From positions 1-64,000 of the IMG/VR virus record IMGVR_UViG_3300028586_000021: DNA of 64,000 bases; one strand, 5' to 3'. The position numbers and the translations under genes were made by a program. The stretch's first letter is position 1, and the number at the start of each line of letters is the position of its first letter. The notes below the pieces were generated by a model. It did not search any database. It was not told the DNA's origin and worked only from the letters and a program-made list of their open reading frames with translations. This DNA comes from an uncultured virus (IMG/VR IMGVR_UViG_3300028586_000021). Lineage: Duplodnaviria > Heunggongvirae > Uroviricota > Caudoviricetes. Positions 27,847 through 37,818 of the stretch are shown one piece after another.

Positions 27847-28905
27847 TTAACCTTGATTGTTGTATTTCTCGATATACCACTTACGAGCTTTGTTGGCGAT
27901 AGGACCACCAAGCTTCTTCGGGTCCAGTTGGTTTGCCACGATGGTATCGGTCTCTTCTTTCACCACGTCATTGAAGACCCAGCGAATGAAGTCACCCATC
28001 GAAGTCATATCGAATGGCTTCAGCTGTTCATTGACCAAGTTCTGGAGACCTTGTTCCAGGCGAGCTTCGGTCACTGCCATCTCGACAAAGTCTTCCATCT
28101 GCTTGATGGCTTCGACATCGACTGCCGCCAGGACCTTGACCTTCGAAGCCGAGTGTTTCTCACCCTTGACCTTGAACCAGTAGGTCGACTTGCGCCAGCC
28201 TTCTTCTTGACACGACCAAACGATGCCTTCGCCGACACCTTCCTTACCGAAGTACTTACCAGCTGGGCAGGCTTCTTCGACCTTCATGGTCATCTCGATC
28301 AGCCGGTTCTGGACTTCATGTGGCTTGGCAAAGTCGATTTCAGCTTCGAATGAACCAAACTCGAGCACATTGTAAATGTGATCTTCATGGGACACGATGT
28401 CCTTGACGGTTTCCAGGTCGATCCACATTGCGCCGTTGCCATCTTCATCTTCGCTACCGAAAATGAACTTGACAGCAAAGATCACAAACATCTTTGGAAG
28501 ACCAGAGATGGCGATACCTTTCTGGATGTTGCTGCCGCACCATTCACCGAAGATCACGACCTTGGTCGGCTCGGTTTCCAGGTTGGAGCGAACGACCATG
28601 TGATCAGCCATATGCCACAACGCTTCTTTCTTGCTCTCCATATAGAGAGCGAAGCCGGCATTGTCCGAGGTAATCGTCAGTTCACGTTCACGAGATTGGA
28701 ACGACAGTTCGCGAGATTCACGATCGACGACGATACCCGAGTTGGTGCCGTGAAGCTTAACCGTACCACGAAACTTCAGCTTCGGTAGAACGGCATCGCG
28801 ATTGAAGACCGGTTCGCCAGCCGCATCACGACCGGCCCACTGAGCGCGGTGAGTAACGTTCTTAATGACGTTACGGAATTGTTCAATAGAAGGGAAACGA
28901 ATCAT
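27847..28905 (-). CDS. rnl2: RNA ligase (Rnl2 family)
   Basis: Motif I KLHGTN, FGEW, EGIVW, FKVK and a C-terminal helical domain. Confidence 0.85.
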   Translation of the reverse strand: MIRFPSIEQFRNVIKNVTHRAQWAGRDAAGEPVFNRDAVLPKLKFRGTVKLHGTNSGIVVDRESRELSFQSRERELTITSDNAGFALYMESKKEALWHMADHMVVRSNLETEPTKVVIFGEWCGSNIQKGIAISGLPKMFVIFAVKFIFGSEDEDGNGAMWIDLETVKDIVSHEDHIYNVLEFGSFEAEIDFAKPHEVQNRLIEMTMKVEEACPAGKYFGKEGVGEGIVWSCQEEGWRKSTYWFKVKGEKHSASKVKVLAAVDVEAIKQMEDFVEMAVTEARLEQGLQNLVNEQLKPFDMTSMGDFIRWVFNDVVKEETDTIVANQLDPKKLGGPIANKARKWYIEKYNNQG

Positions 28906-28976
28906 ATTATTCTTCTTTCTTGTTGTTTGTGCCCCGAAAACGTACCGAGCGCATAGGACACTCGGTACGTGGGGTA

Positions 28977-29210
28977 TTACTTGGGTGCGTTGTGCTGAGC
29001 TTCTTTCGCAGCGAGGATCAAAGCAGTGCCGAGGGCAATCGCAATATCGGGGTCGATGGTGATATCGATTTTGCCCCAGTATTCTTCACTTTGGCGATCC
29101 GACGTATGGACTCGAACCAAGTCAAGTCCATCGGCATCAGGTCCTACCTCGAGCGATACGCCTTCACCATCCAGCCAAACTTTGCGAATGACATCAGTGG
29201 TAACGGTCAT
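28977..29210 (-). CDS. Hypothetical protein
   Basis: 77 aa, packed in the operon. Confidence 0.65.
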   Translation of the reverse strand: MTVTTDVIRKVWLDGEGVSLEVGPDADGLDLVRVHTSDRQSEEYWGKIDITIDPDIAIALGTALILAAKEAQHNAPK

Positions 29211-29212
29211 GA

Positions 29213-29452
29213 TTACTTGAAGTAGTCAGTCAGGAAATCGATTTCCAGCTGGATGCGAGCTTGTGCGGTGTTCATACCGGCGCGCTCGAATTCGGAATCG
29301 GTTTCGAGGATCGCTTCGGACGAGATGTCGTCATTGCTGACACCTTGCTTACCGAGACGAAGCACGTTGCGGTCGAAGGCGAATTGGTACGCCTGTTCCA
29401 GGTAGTCCAGCTGTTCTTTCAGTTGTGCCAGACGTTCATGCGAGATCAACAT
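29213..29452 (-). CDS. Hypothetical protein
   Basis: 79 aa, AGGA RBS. Confidence 0.65.
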   Translation of the reverse strand: MLISHERLAQLKEQLDYLEQAYQFAFDRNVLRLGKQGVSNDDISSEAILETDSEFERAGMNTAQARIQLEIDFLTDYFK

Positions 29453-29463
29453 AGGGATTCCTA

Positions 29464-30237
29464 TTATTCGAGTGAGTACATCAGATCATTGATGTAGCCA
29501 CGGTTTTTGGAGAAGATTGGGATGTCAGTGTCGACAACGAATCGGCCGTTAGCGAACGGGTTCGGCTCATTGTTAACGATTTTCTTCATGCTCTCTTCAT
29601 TGATGTCCAGACGAACACAGGTACCACGCTTGGCCCACGTTTCGAAGTCGTTCCAGTTGACGTCCTTTTGGGTGATCAACATGTTCTGTACTTCGTCAGT
29701 GTTCTTGCCATTCAGCTGCTTTTGACTGAAGTGCGCTTGACCAACACCATTGATGCTGTTCCGAGTTGCGTCTTGCTGGCGCCAGATGAAGTAGTTACAG
29801 ACTTCCTCTCGCGGCACGTTGTAGGCACGGCTGTCGAAGATGCCGAAACGCCCACGACGGAGTTCTTTCGGAATGTACTGTGGCGCTAGATCGTTGAAGA
29901 TGGATGAAACAAGTGACGCGGAAGTCGACACGATCTTTTGTACCTCGCCATCGAACCAAGCTTGCGTTTTAAACTTGGTCCAATCTTTTAGCATAAGGCT
30001 GATTTCATCGGACTGGGTGTAACCCAAGACGACGGTGTCGATTTCCTCGCACAAATATTTGGTGGACTCAACCATGCAATCGTGCAATGGTTTATAGAAG
30101 GGCCGAGGCATCTTCGACGTGTAGGTATGGAACGCTTTACCGTCCAGTCGAATGATTACGGGAGTACGCCTCAGCAACTGGTTACGAGACACCTGTTCGT
30201 AACCCTTCATGCGGTCGCCCATCGAGGATTTTTCCAT
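29464..30237 (-). CDS. thg1: tRNA(His) guanylyltransferase / Thg1-like 3'-5' polymerase
   Basis: IIRLDGKAFH, GYTQSDEIS, FDSR, YFIWRQQDATRNS. Confidence 0.93.
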   Translation of the reverse strand: MEKSSMGDRMKGYEQVSRNQLLRRTPVIIRLDGKAFHTYTSKMPRPFYKPLHDCMVESTKYLCEEIDTVVLGYTQSDEISLMLKDWTKFKTQAWFDGEVQKIVSTSASLVSSIFNDLAPQYIPKELRRGRFGIFDSRAYNVPREEVCNYFIWRQQDATRNSINGVGQAHFSQKQLNGKNTDEVQNMLITQKDVNWNDFETWAKRGTCVRLDINEESMKKIVNNEPNPFANGRFVVDTDIPIFSKNRGYINDLMYSLE

Positions 30238-30286
30238 ATTATTTTTGTTATGCGGTTATTATTGTTTTGGGTACTACTGGTGCTGC

Positions 30287-30859
30287 TTACACTGCTTTGG
30301 CGAACTTCGCTTTCAGCTGGTTGATCAGCTCGACCGAACCGAAGTGGAACATGGCACGAGCATTGGTGTTGAGGTCGGACATCGAGTCCTTGGTCTTGCC
30401 GATTTGCTGAGTGGTGCTCAGGCGGGTCAGAGCATTGTCGAAAGCGTATTTGTGACCAGACATTTTGGGCTGCATTGCCACGAAAATATCGAACGCTTGC
30501 TTACTGGTGACTGGATGTTTCAGGCCGTCGAACATGGCCAGGATTGCTGCGTCGATGCCGCTGATCGGAGTCTTGCGACCGTGTTCGTAGTCACGAACCG
30601 CTTTGCCGAAGGAATCGATGGTCGACGAACGAGTCGACGGCATCGGGACCTTGCCCATCGTGTAGTACTTTTCGATACCCAGGCGTTGGAGCTTGAAGTA
30701 GTTCTTGCTCAGGCCGGTGCTCAGCGCCAGTTGAACATTGGTCCGCGTCATATGCGGATTGTTCAGCATGACATGATCCATCAGCGCGTTGTATTCGATC
30801 GGCTTGGATTGGCTGTTGATGGCTGCAGCGAGGGCGGCCGACGGTTTGGTGTTCGACAT
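30287..30859 (-). CDS. Hypothetical tandem winged-helix-like protein
   Basis: Two similar helical modules; C-terminal module resembles 30924-31388. Confidence 0.65.
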   Translation of the reverse strand: MSNTKPSAALAAAINSQSKPIEYNALMDHVMLNNPHMTRTNVQLALSTGLSKNYFKLQRLGIEKYYTMGKVPMPSTRSSTIDSFGKAVRDYEHGRKTPISGIDAAILAMFDGLKHPVTSKQAFDIFVAMQPKMSGHKYAFDNALTRLSTTQQIGKTKDSMSDLNTNARAMFHFGSVELINQLKAKFAKAV

Positions 30860-30923
30860 GAGAGTATTATTTTGTAGGAGTGTACAAAAAGAAGGTATCA
30901 AAATAATACCTTCCGGGTGGTGA

Positions 30924-31388
30924 TTACTTGGCTTTCTTGGCGCCGCCGTAGACGAACTTGGAAGCGTTGCTGGTCACGTTGCTGTCGGTCATCGGAGTCT
31001 TCGACTTGACGATTTCGCCACGGGCGGCCATGCGGAACAGGGTCGAATCGATGGTCGAGCGAGTTGCACCTGGCAGGACGCTACGGACGACCGTTGCGAT
31101 TTCCTGGCTGTCCAGCTTGTCGGTGGTGTTCAGCGATTCCAGCAGGACCTTACGGACCGATGGTGCTTTCTCGACCGAGTACACGAACTTCGACTTGCCC
31201 ATGGTGCCGAGGGTCGGCTTCTTCTGGATCACGCCTTGCTTCGAGGCTTGGGTCAGGGTTGCATCGATCGAGGTGAACGAGGTCGATGGACGCTTCTTCA
31301 TCACGGCTTGTGCGATTTGCGAGTTGACCATGCCGGTCTTGGATTTCGTCAAGACGTCGACGATCAGTTGCTTCAGGGTGGTACGCAT
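30924..31388 (-). CDS. Basic protein with two internal winged-helix-like repeats
   Basis: SQIA...IDATL...G.I.K...SKFVY pattern occurs twice. Confidence 0.7.
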   Translation of the reverse strand: MRTTLKQLIVDVLTKSKTGMVNSQIAQAVMKKRPSTSFTSIDATLTQASKQGVIQKKPTLGTMGKSKFVYSVEKAPSVRKVLLESLNTTDKLDSQEIATVVRSVLPGATRSTIDSTLFRMAARGEIVKSKTPMTDSNVTSNASKFVYGGAKKAK

Positions 31389-31523
31389 GTAAAGTTCCTA
31401 AAATATTATTTTTGGATGATGTTTCGGTTTAATCGACTCAGCAGTGTGTTCGTCGATAGGTTGAATCATACCGTGTGGAAATATTATAGTGAGCTTTTTG
31501 CAGCTGGAAGGTTTTGTGGTCGT

Positions 31524-31556
31524 AAAAACAAAAATGGAGAACCGAAGTTCTCCATG
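31524..31556 (-). terminator. Intrinsic terminator
   Basis: ATGGAGAAC-TTCG-GTTCTCCAT plus T tract on the minus strand. Confidence 0.7.
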
Positions 31557-31583
31557 TTTCTTTACGAATTAACGTATGTGATG

Positions 31584-32279
31584 TTACTCTGCTTTCGGAT
31601 CAGCTTTCACTGCCTTTAGTAGAGCTTCAATCGCTTTGTCCGACTTCTGATTTGCTTTGAAGTACTTAGCAAAGATAGTGCGGAAACGATTAGCAATGCC
31701 TTTAAGGACTTTCTCGATGTTCTTGACGACACCTTCCTTAAGTTCACGTTTCTTAGCGTTGGTCACCTGTTTTGGTAGGCGATCAAAGCCAGCACGTGCT
31801 GCAGTTTCAATCTTGGTCATTAGCTCGTCACCAGTCGCATCCTTTAGATCGATCATGAATTTCTCAAGTTCAGGATCAACAACAGCTAGAACATCCTTGA
31901 TCGCGCCTGGCGAGGTCACGCTCTTGATGAAAGTTTCTAGGACTTGTTTCTGAGCTTCATTCACCATCTTAAGAGCATAGTCAACAGCCTCTTTGTATTT
32001 GACAGTGGTGTTACCCTTTTTCTGGGTGTACTGGATGATAGCGCCATCAACGACGGCTTTCTTTTCTGCTTGTTCCTTAATCACTTCTTCGAAATTAGTT
32101 TCGAGTTCAGAGATGCGACCGCTGACGGCCTTAGAAATCTTTTCGATAACGGCGAGCTTCTTCTTAAGCTCTTTCCATTCGGCGACTTGTTGCTTGATTG
32201 ATTCGTCCTCTGGAGACTTAGCTTCATTGATTACCTGGTCAACCAGCTTAGCTTCAAATTCTTTGATCATGTTTAACAT
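31584..32279 (-). CDS. Coiled-coil late protein (possible head-associated)
   Basis: AAGGAG RBS, late promoter near 32310, Lys/Glu-rich, CTA-rich. Confidence 0.75.
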   Translation of the reverse strand: MLNMIKEFEAKLVDQVINEAKSPEDESIKQQVAEWKELKKKLAVIEKISKAVSGRISELETNFEEVIKEQAEKKAVVDGAIIQYTQKKGNTTVKYKEAVDYALKMVNEAQKQVLETFIKSVTSPGAIKDVLAVVDPELEKFMIDLKDATGDELMTKIETAARAGFDRLPKQVTNAKKRELKEGVVKNIEKVLKGIANRFRTIFAKYFKANQKSDKAIEALLKAVKADPKAE

Positions 32280-32386
32280 ATGTATACTCCTTTGGGTATT
32301 GGTACACTATATTTATCAGTTCGCCGTATTGTTCTCCTCTTTTGTTGCTTCTGGAATAAATATTAGATGTAACCAAGGAGTAAATC

Positions 32387-33781
32387 ATGCCTCTAATCTT
32401 CACGCAACCATATTTCTATACAACGATTTCCAATCCTCTCGCCGGAAATCCAGTCAATACTAAATACACAAACGTTTCTCTACTGATGCACTTTGATGGT
32501 TCCGGGGTCGACTCCTCAATTTTCAATAACACTAGCTTCAGTAAGACTGGCGGTGTATCTTTCTCTACAACAAATACCAAGTTCGGTACAGCAAGTGTGT
32601 ACTTCAACGGTCTAGGTGATTACGCGCAATTGACAAACTCACCGCAATACTCCTTCGGTACTGACGACTTTACTATCGAAGCTTGGCTTTATCCGGAATC
32701 TCTTGTTGGCACCAACGGCGGATCAACGATCGTTGCTGGCTTGAGTACTAATGGCGATGGCGGTGGATATAACCGATGGTCCTTCACCATCAATTCTGAT
32801 GGTTCGCTATCGTTCAACGGCGGTGAATCCGCTGGCGCCGCTAATACGTTCTCAGTGAGAACAGAGGGCGGCGTTATAGGCGTCAATAAGTGGCAGCACG
32901 TTGCAGTGTCTCGCTCAAACGGCGTTATGCAATTCTTTGTGGATGGTGTCACCAAGCCAGGCGTCACCAAGTCGGGAATGCCAGAATCTGTAGCAGTCAC
33001 CTCAAACGGTCCGCTTCGCTTAGGTCGCCTATTCAGCGGCAGCTCCTGGACTCTTCTCTACAAGGGCTACATGGATGAGGTTCGTATCACTAAAGGTGCT
33101 GCACGATACACAACCGATTTCAATGTCCCGTCTGAGCCTTTCGCTGACGAACCAACTGCGCTGTTGCTGCACATGGATGGTGTGTCTGGCACAAACAAAT
33201 TTGTTGATGAACGCAATGCGGCTCTTATCGTAACTGCCGGCCCAACCATCTCGAATGCGGCTTCCAAGTTTGGAGGCACTAGTGCTTACTTCAACGGTAA
33301 CGGCGGATATATTGCCACTCCAGCGTCAACCATTTATGGCTTGGGCACCGGCGATTTCACAATGGAGCTTTGGGTTAATACTGCAAGGGTCGATGCAACG
33401 TATCAAGGCTTAATTGATACTAGACCATCAGGTCAAGCGTCCGCAGCAAAGCCGCAACTTATTATCAGTGCGGACACCATTGGCTTCTGGGTTGGTACAA
33501 CGAAGAGATTGTCGACGACTAGAATCCAAGTCAATACTTGGCATCACGTTGCTGTCGTGCGAAAAGCTAGCGTAACAAGCATGTTCCTAGATGGTGTCTT
33601 AACCGGAAGCATCGCAGACACGACGGATTACGGTTCATCGAATGATGTTGTCATGGGTGTTCTTGGTGATAACAGAACCTATTCTCCTGGATACTTCCGC
33701 GGATATATGGATGAGGTCCGCATAGTAAAAGGCGTAGCCATGTACAATGGCAACTTCACTCCTTCAGCATCTCCGTTCTAA
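32387..33781 (+). CDS. Tandem LamG/concanavalin A-like virion protein
   Basis: Two repeats of LL.H.DG...DFT.E.W...W.HVA..R...GYMDEVRI.KG; late promoter AATAAATA near 32355. Confidence 0.85.
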   Translation: MPLIFTQPYFYTTISNPLAGNPVNTKYTNVSLLMHFDGSGVDSSIFNNTSFSKTGGVSFSTTNTKFGTASVYFNGLGDYAQLTNSPQYSFGTDDFTIEAWLYPESLVGTNGGSTIVAGLSTNGDGGGYNRWSFTINSDGSLSFNGGESAGAANTFSVRTEGGVIGVNKWQHVAVSRSNGVMQFFVDGVTKPGVTKSGMPESVAVTSNGPLRLGRLFSGSSWTLLYKGYMDEVRITKGAARYTTDFNVPSEPFADEPTALLLHMDGVSGTNKFVDERNAALIVTAGPTISNAASKFGGTSAYFNGNGGYIATPASTIYGLGTGDFTMELWVNTARVDATYQGLIDTRPSGQASAAKPQLIISADTIGFWVGTTKRLSTTRIQVNTWHHVAVVRKASVTSMFLDGVLTGSIADTTDYGSSNDVVMGVLGDNRTYSPGYFRGYMDEVRIVKGVAMYNGNFTPSASPF

Positions 33782-33785
33782 TCTA

Positions 33786-33808
33786 AGGCTCCTTCGGGAG
33801 CCTTTTTT
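33786..33808 (+). terminator. Intrinsic terminator
   Basis: AAGGCTCC-TTCG-GGAGCCTT plus T tract. Confidence 0.85.
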
Positions 33809-33824
33809 GTGGCCTAAAAAAGAT

Positions 33825-33853
33825 TGTACAAACTTGAAGAATCTGGATATTAT
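33825..33853 (+). promoter_or_regulatory. Early promoter TGTACA-N17-TATTAT
   Basis: Repeated motif with upstream A tract (UP element-like). Confidence 0.7.
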
Positions 33854-33879
33854 AGCTACATCGGAACACTACTTTGGAA

Positions 33880-34119
33880 ATGAAAATGCAAACCACCTAC
33901 GACGCCGGCCAAAAAGTTAAGACCATCCACTACTCGAACTCCGGCCTCGTCACCGTGTACCATGATTCCGAAGACCAAGCAATCAAGTTCTCCGGTGACT
34001 TCGCCGACTCCTATGTGTGCATGCACAAGAAGGGTCGCAATGGCTGGAAAGAAATCTACAAGGACCAGCGTGGCAATCCTCGTGGTTCGACCTTCAAACA
34101 ACTGAAACTCAACGCATAA
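33880..34119 (+). CDS. Small early hypothetical protein
   Basis: Follows an early promoter; exact start (33880 or 33886) uncertain. Confidence 0.65.
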   Translation: MKMQTTYDAGQKVKTIHYSNSGLVTVYHDSEDQAIKFSGDFADSYVCMHKKGRNGWKEIYKDQRGNPRGSTFKQLKLNA

Positions 34120-34131
34120 TCGGAGCGCGCC

Positions 34132-34545
34132 ATGTCGAAAATTGCTGAAGCCCTTGCTCGTGTCAAAGCCTACTGCGCAATGCGCATCCCCGCCGGACTG
34201 AAGAGTGACCACATCCATGGGATCGGGATGCGTGTCATGCCGCTTGGTGAACTCGTCGAATCCGAAAACAAAGTGGAGCCGACCCTTCTCGTCTCCGACC
34301 TGAACGAAATCATCAAGGCGATGGAAGAACCAGGCCGCGTGCTGAAGAAGCGCGAGGAAGATTTGCTGAAGGTTCCGCCGATCGTTTGGGCAAGTCTGTT
34401 TGGCGGATTCCTATTCGCAGTCGATCAGGCGAGCGGTACGCTCCGAAGCGATCCGGACCATGCACAGAAAATCCTCGAAGGGCTCCGTAAGGACCTGGAA
34501 AATATGCGCGAATTTCACGTCGAAGGGGACGTGCAAAAAACTTAA
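34132..34545 (+). CDS. Hypothetical protein
   Basis: GGAG RBS; 137 aa. Confidence 0.7.
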   Translation: MSKIAEALARVKAYCAMRIPAGLKSDHIHGIGMRVMPLGELVESENKVEPTLLVSDLNEIIKAMEEPGRVLKKREEDLLKVPPIVWASLFGGFLFAVDQASGTLRSDPDHAQKILEGLRKDLENMREFHVEGDVQKT

Positions 34546-34552
34546 AAAAGAT

Positions 34553-34581
34553 TGTACAAGTTTCCAGGGTCTGGGTATAAT
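34553..34581 (+). promoter_or_regulatory. Early promoter TGTACA-N17-TATAAT
   Basis: Repeated motif. Confidence 0.75.
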
Positions 34582-34617
34582 TACTCTATCGAAACGAAAC
34601 TTGAAACGGAGATTCAA

Positions 34618-35001
34618 ATGGCTAAAGCACCAAACAAAGTGACCTTCAACGAAAGCATCATCCTCGTCGATGGCAAAGAAGTTGGTCGCATCGATGGTCG
34701 CGGTGAAGTCTATGTCCTCTTCAACGTCGAAGGAGAACCGCGTCCGAAAGTCGTCGCTCGTTTCAAGTATCGTGCAGCAAAGGCCAGCGCCAAGGATTGG
34801 ATCAAGTTCATCCTGAACCGCATGACCACCACTGAAGTCCTGGCTGCTCTGGCCGACTACAAGGAAACGCCGTATGGTCTGGCCGAGAAGTTCGGCTATG
34901 TTTCGCTGAACGAGAAGTTTGTTGCGAAGCGTAAAGCTGAAGAAGCGGCTCGTACCGAACGCTTCAAAAATGTTACCATCATCCACCATCTGCCAATCTA
35001 A
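34618..35001 (+). CDS. Early hypothetical protein
   Basis: GGAG RBS before ATG 34618. Confidence 0.7.
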   Translation: MAKAPNKVTFNESIILVDGKEVGRIDGRGEVYVLFNVEGEPRPKVVARFKYRAAKASAKDWIKFILNRMTTTEVLAALADYKETPYGLAEKFGYVSLNEKFVAKRKAEEAARTERFKNVTIIHHLPI

Positions 35002-35011
35002 GGAGAACATC

Positions 35012-35218
35012 ATGGCACAAGCAATCGCATTGGTCGGCGCTGTCATCGAATCCCAGAATGGCAGCTCGATGTCCTACTACAAGCGCTGCAACTTCTGTGG
35101 CGATACACCAAACAGCACGACCAGCGGCTCGATCCCGTCGTATAACTCGGTCCTGCACTCGACCTTCCGCTGCAACAAGTGCGGTAAGACCACTGAACTC
35201 AAAATCAAAGGTGTGTGA
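35012..35218 (+). CDS. Small zinc-ribbon protein
   Basis: AAGGAG RBS; CNFC...CNKC. Confidence 0.7.
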   Translation: MAQAIALVGAVIESQNGSSMSYYKRCNFCGDTPNSTTSGSIPSYNSVLHSTFRCNKCGKTTELKIKGV

Positions 35219-35553
35219 TGAACGGTAAAACGGTAATCGTCTTCGAACAAGCAATAGCTCCAGCCCTCGACATGAATGATCCTGTTCAGTGTGCTTTGCG
35301 CCAATCGATCCTGGACCCGCGGCGCTATCCATACGTTCGCATGATCGGTCGCAACCTCGGTGCCGTGCTCGATATGGTCGAGCCGGCGAAAATGTCACAA
35401 GCCGAAATTAAGGTGCGTGACACCTACGTCGAGACCGAGGTGAATCAGTTCCTCACCGAGCTGTACCTTGATCCGGTGGTTGCGCGTCAGCGCATGCAAG
35501 TCCTGTATGACCAAGCCTTCCATGAAGGCCAACGCAGCCGCAACATAAAGTAA
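35215..35553 (+). CDS. Hypothetical protein
   Basis: Overlapping start; 112 aa. Confidence 0.65.
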   Translation: MMNGKTVIVFEQAIAPALDMNDPVQCALRQSILDPRRYPYVRMIGRNLGAVLDMVEPAKMSQAEIKVRDTYVETEVNQFLTELYLDPVVARQRMQVLYDQAFHEGQRSRNIK

Positions 35554-35575
35554 GAAAAATTCGTTTCGATCTTAG

Positions 35576-35597
35576 AGGAGCCTTCGGGCTCCTTTTT
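35576..35597 (+). terminator. Intrinsic terminator, followed by late promoter GATAAATA near 35619
   Basis: AGGAGCC-TTCG-GGCTCCT plus T tract. Confidence 0.8.
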
Positions 35598-35670
35598 GCG
35601 TTTCCTTATAGCTTCCTGGATAAATAAGCTGATATTTCCATATCAATCAATTATCTCAGGAGCTAGACAA

Positions 35671-37323
35671 ATGAAGATTTATCAAAGCACCACTACTACC
35701 GATCCTACTCAACCGCAAGAAATTGCTACCAAGCATTACGTTGATCAGCAGATCGTATCTGGCGCAATCGTTGGAGGCGTGTTCTTTACCGACATCTCCC
35801 CAACCTCTTCTGGTATCGTGGGCAACAAGAAATATGTTGCTAACACCGTCCCAGCAAACAAAGTTATTATCGATGGTACCGCTGACACTCAGAACGTCCG
35901 CGTCTCGCTAGTTGCAGAAGGCGGTTCCGCATTCTACTCCCCGACCATTACTATCACCACCGTTCCTGCACTTCCAGGTTCCCCATTCACTGTTGCCCTA
36001 TCCGAAGACACGTATGACAAGCGCATGTTCGCTGGTTATGTGGACCTAGTTGGCGTGACCGTTGACACGGTCGTTACCGCTAAGTCGAGCACCAATGCGG
36101 AAGCAACTTGCATCGTAAAGGTTGCAGAAGTTGGCCCAGCGCTATCAGCTCTAACTATCGGTGCGTACCCTGGTGCTCAGACCGAAGCTAAGAACAATGA
36201 CGTGATGTCAGTGTCTGGCGTTGTTGCTAATGCTGCAACTTATGTTGAAATCGTTGCCGGTGGCGCTTCAAAAGCTGTCTCGATCCTTGGCCTTGGCGCT
36301 GCAGATTCTGCTGGTGCTGGCTTTAAGACTTTCACTGGTACCTTTACCGTCGGTACCGCATCTGGTTCACAGAAGGTTACCGCTCGTGCACGCAATGCGC
36401 TAGGTACTTTCGGTGCTAACTTCCAGTCATCGAATTCGATCACTCTAAACCAGACCTTCCCAACCATCGGTGCTCGCACGATCACCTACCCAGTTGGTCA
36501 ATCAGCATTGAAGGGTTCTGAAGCCGCGACCGTTGCAGCAACCGTGACTAACGCGGATACCGTGGCTTACACCACCAGTGCAGACCTGTCTGTTGCTGAT
36601 TCAACTACTTACGGTGCTACCAAGACCGTGACTCGTGTTGCTGGTAACTACGTGGTTGGTACTAACAACTACACCATCACCGCAACCAAGGCTTCAAACG
36701 GCGCAGTGTCTACTGCATCGTCCACAGTCTCTATCGCTAACGCTCCGGCAACCGCAGCAATCTCGATCGTCGGTAACCCAGCTCGTCTAGTGTCCTCACC
36801 GGATGGCCAGTCATATACCGTTCGCATCACTGCTAACCAGCTATTGAACGCAATCCCTTCATTGGACGCGTCAAGCGGCACTTGGACAGGTTCATGGACC
36901 TTCTCTGGTGGTGTGTACTCACGCACTCTTGTGATCAAGGATTCCGACGTTGATGGCGCACAGACCTTCAGCAATCTAGTCCTAACCGGCCTAGCAAATG
37001 TTGTTGGCTCAACCATCACTTCGGGTGCTAACTACACCGTCGGTGGTTTCGTTCGTCGTACCTTGACCTTCCCAGCATTTGCTCAATATGTCGACATTGG
37101 TACTCCAATCAATGACATTACCAAGGTGAATGCTAAGTACGCAGGTACTGCAAGCAATCTAACCCTACGTAGCGATACCTCGCAGTCCCAGCAAGGCTTC
37201 ACCATCACCGATGGCGCCGGCGTTTACAATCCAACTGGTAGCTATCTGTTCATCACTGATGCTGACTTCGCTGGTTCAAACACTTCAGGTACTCTACAAC
37301 TAGAAATTGAAGAGGTGGCATAA
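35671..37323 (+). CDS. Virion structural protein (Thr/Ala/Gly-rich beta-sandwich domains; fibre or decoration)
   Basis: Late promoter, AGGAG RBS, ATKHYVD motif typical of tail fibres, CTA-rich. Confidence 0.7.
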   Translation: MKIYQSTTTTDPTQPQEIATKHYVDQQIVSGAIVGGVFFTDISPTSSGIVGNKKYVANTVPANKVIIDGTADTQNVRVSLVAEGGSAFYSPTITITTVPALPGSPFTVALSEDTYDKRMFAGYVDLVGVTVDTVVTAKSSTNAEATCIVKVAEVGPALSALTIGAYPGAQTEAKNNDVMSVSGVVANAATYVEIVAGGASKAVSILGLGAADSAGAGFKTFTGTFTVGTASGSQKVTARARNALGTFGANFQSSNSITLNQTFPTIGARTITYPVGQSALKGSEAATVAATVTNADTVAYTTSADLSVADSTTYGATKTVTRVAGNYVVGTNNYTITATKASNGAVSTASSTVSIANAPATAAISIVGNPARLVSSPDGQSYTVRITANQLLNAIPSLDASSGTWTGSWTFSGGVYSRTLVIKDSDVDGAQTFSNLVLTGLANVVGSTITSGANYTVGGFVRRTLTFPAFAQYVDIGTPINDITKVNAKYAGTASNLTLRSDTSQSQQGFTITDGAGVYNPTGSYLFITDADFAGSNTSGTLQLEIEEVA

Positions 37324-37727
37324 TGAGTCAATTTGAAACTTTTATCCAGACAGAACTTCCTAAACGTGGTTATCTGGATAGTGACGTTCCTCAAGAGACG
37401 ATCATCGTTCGTCGTGGCGCTGGTCCTCGTCAGTTTGATGCAGTCACTCTAGAAGATGGTCAGGTTCTAGCTCGCGTCAACGGTCAACTAGTTGGTATGA
37501 ATCTTGCTGGTAACGGTATCCGAAAGGCGATTGTTCCGGTGGCTGAAGGTTCGACCGAATGGGTTGTCACTCACAACTTTGATTCCGAGAATGCGATTGT
37601 TCAATGCTTCGACGATTCAAAATCTGTGATCTTCCCGGACTCGATCAAGATCAATGATGGTGACACCATCACTATCACATTCAACAAAGCACAGACCGGT
37701 ACTGCACGTATCGTGTTCCTGGACTAA
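37323..37727 (+). CDS. Small virion structural protein
   Basis: WVVTHNF...VQCFD...ITITF...G.A motif seen in phage fibre-associated domains. Confidence 0.65.
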   Translation: MSQFETFIQTELPKRGYLDSDVPQETIIVRRGAGPRQFDAVTLEDGQVLARVNGQLVGMNLAGNGIRKAIVPVAEGSTEWVVTHNFDSENAIVQCFDDSKSVIFPDSIKINDGDTITITFNKAQTGTARIVFLD

Positions 37728-37748
37728 TCTAGAAATGTTGCTATAAGG

Positions 37749-37781
37749 AAAAGGGTGAACCGCGAGGTTCACCCTTTTTTT
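37749..37781. terminator. Intrinsic terminator
   Basis: AAAAGGGTGAACC-GCGA-GGTTCACCCTTTT. Confidence 0.8.
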
Positions 37782-37818
37782 GGTTATGATGGCCACCAAA
37801 TGATATTGAACTGTTGCC

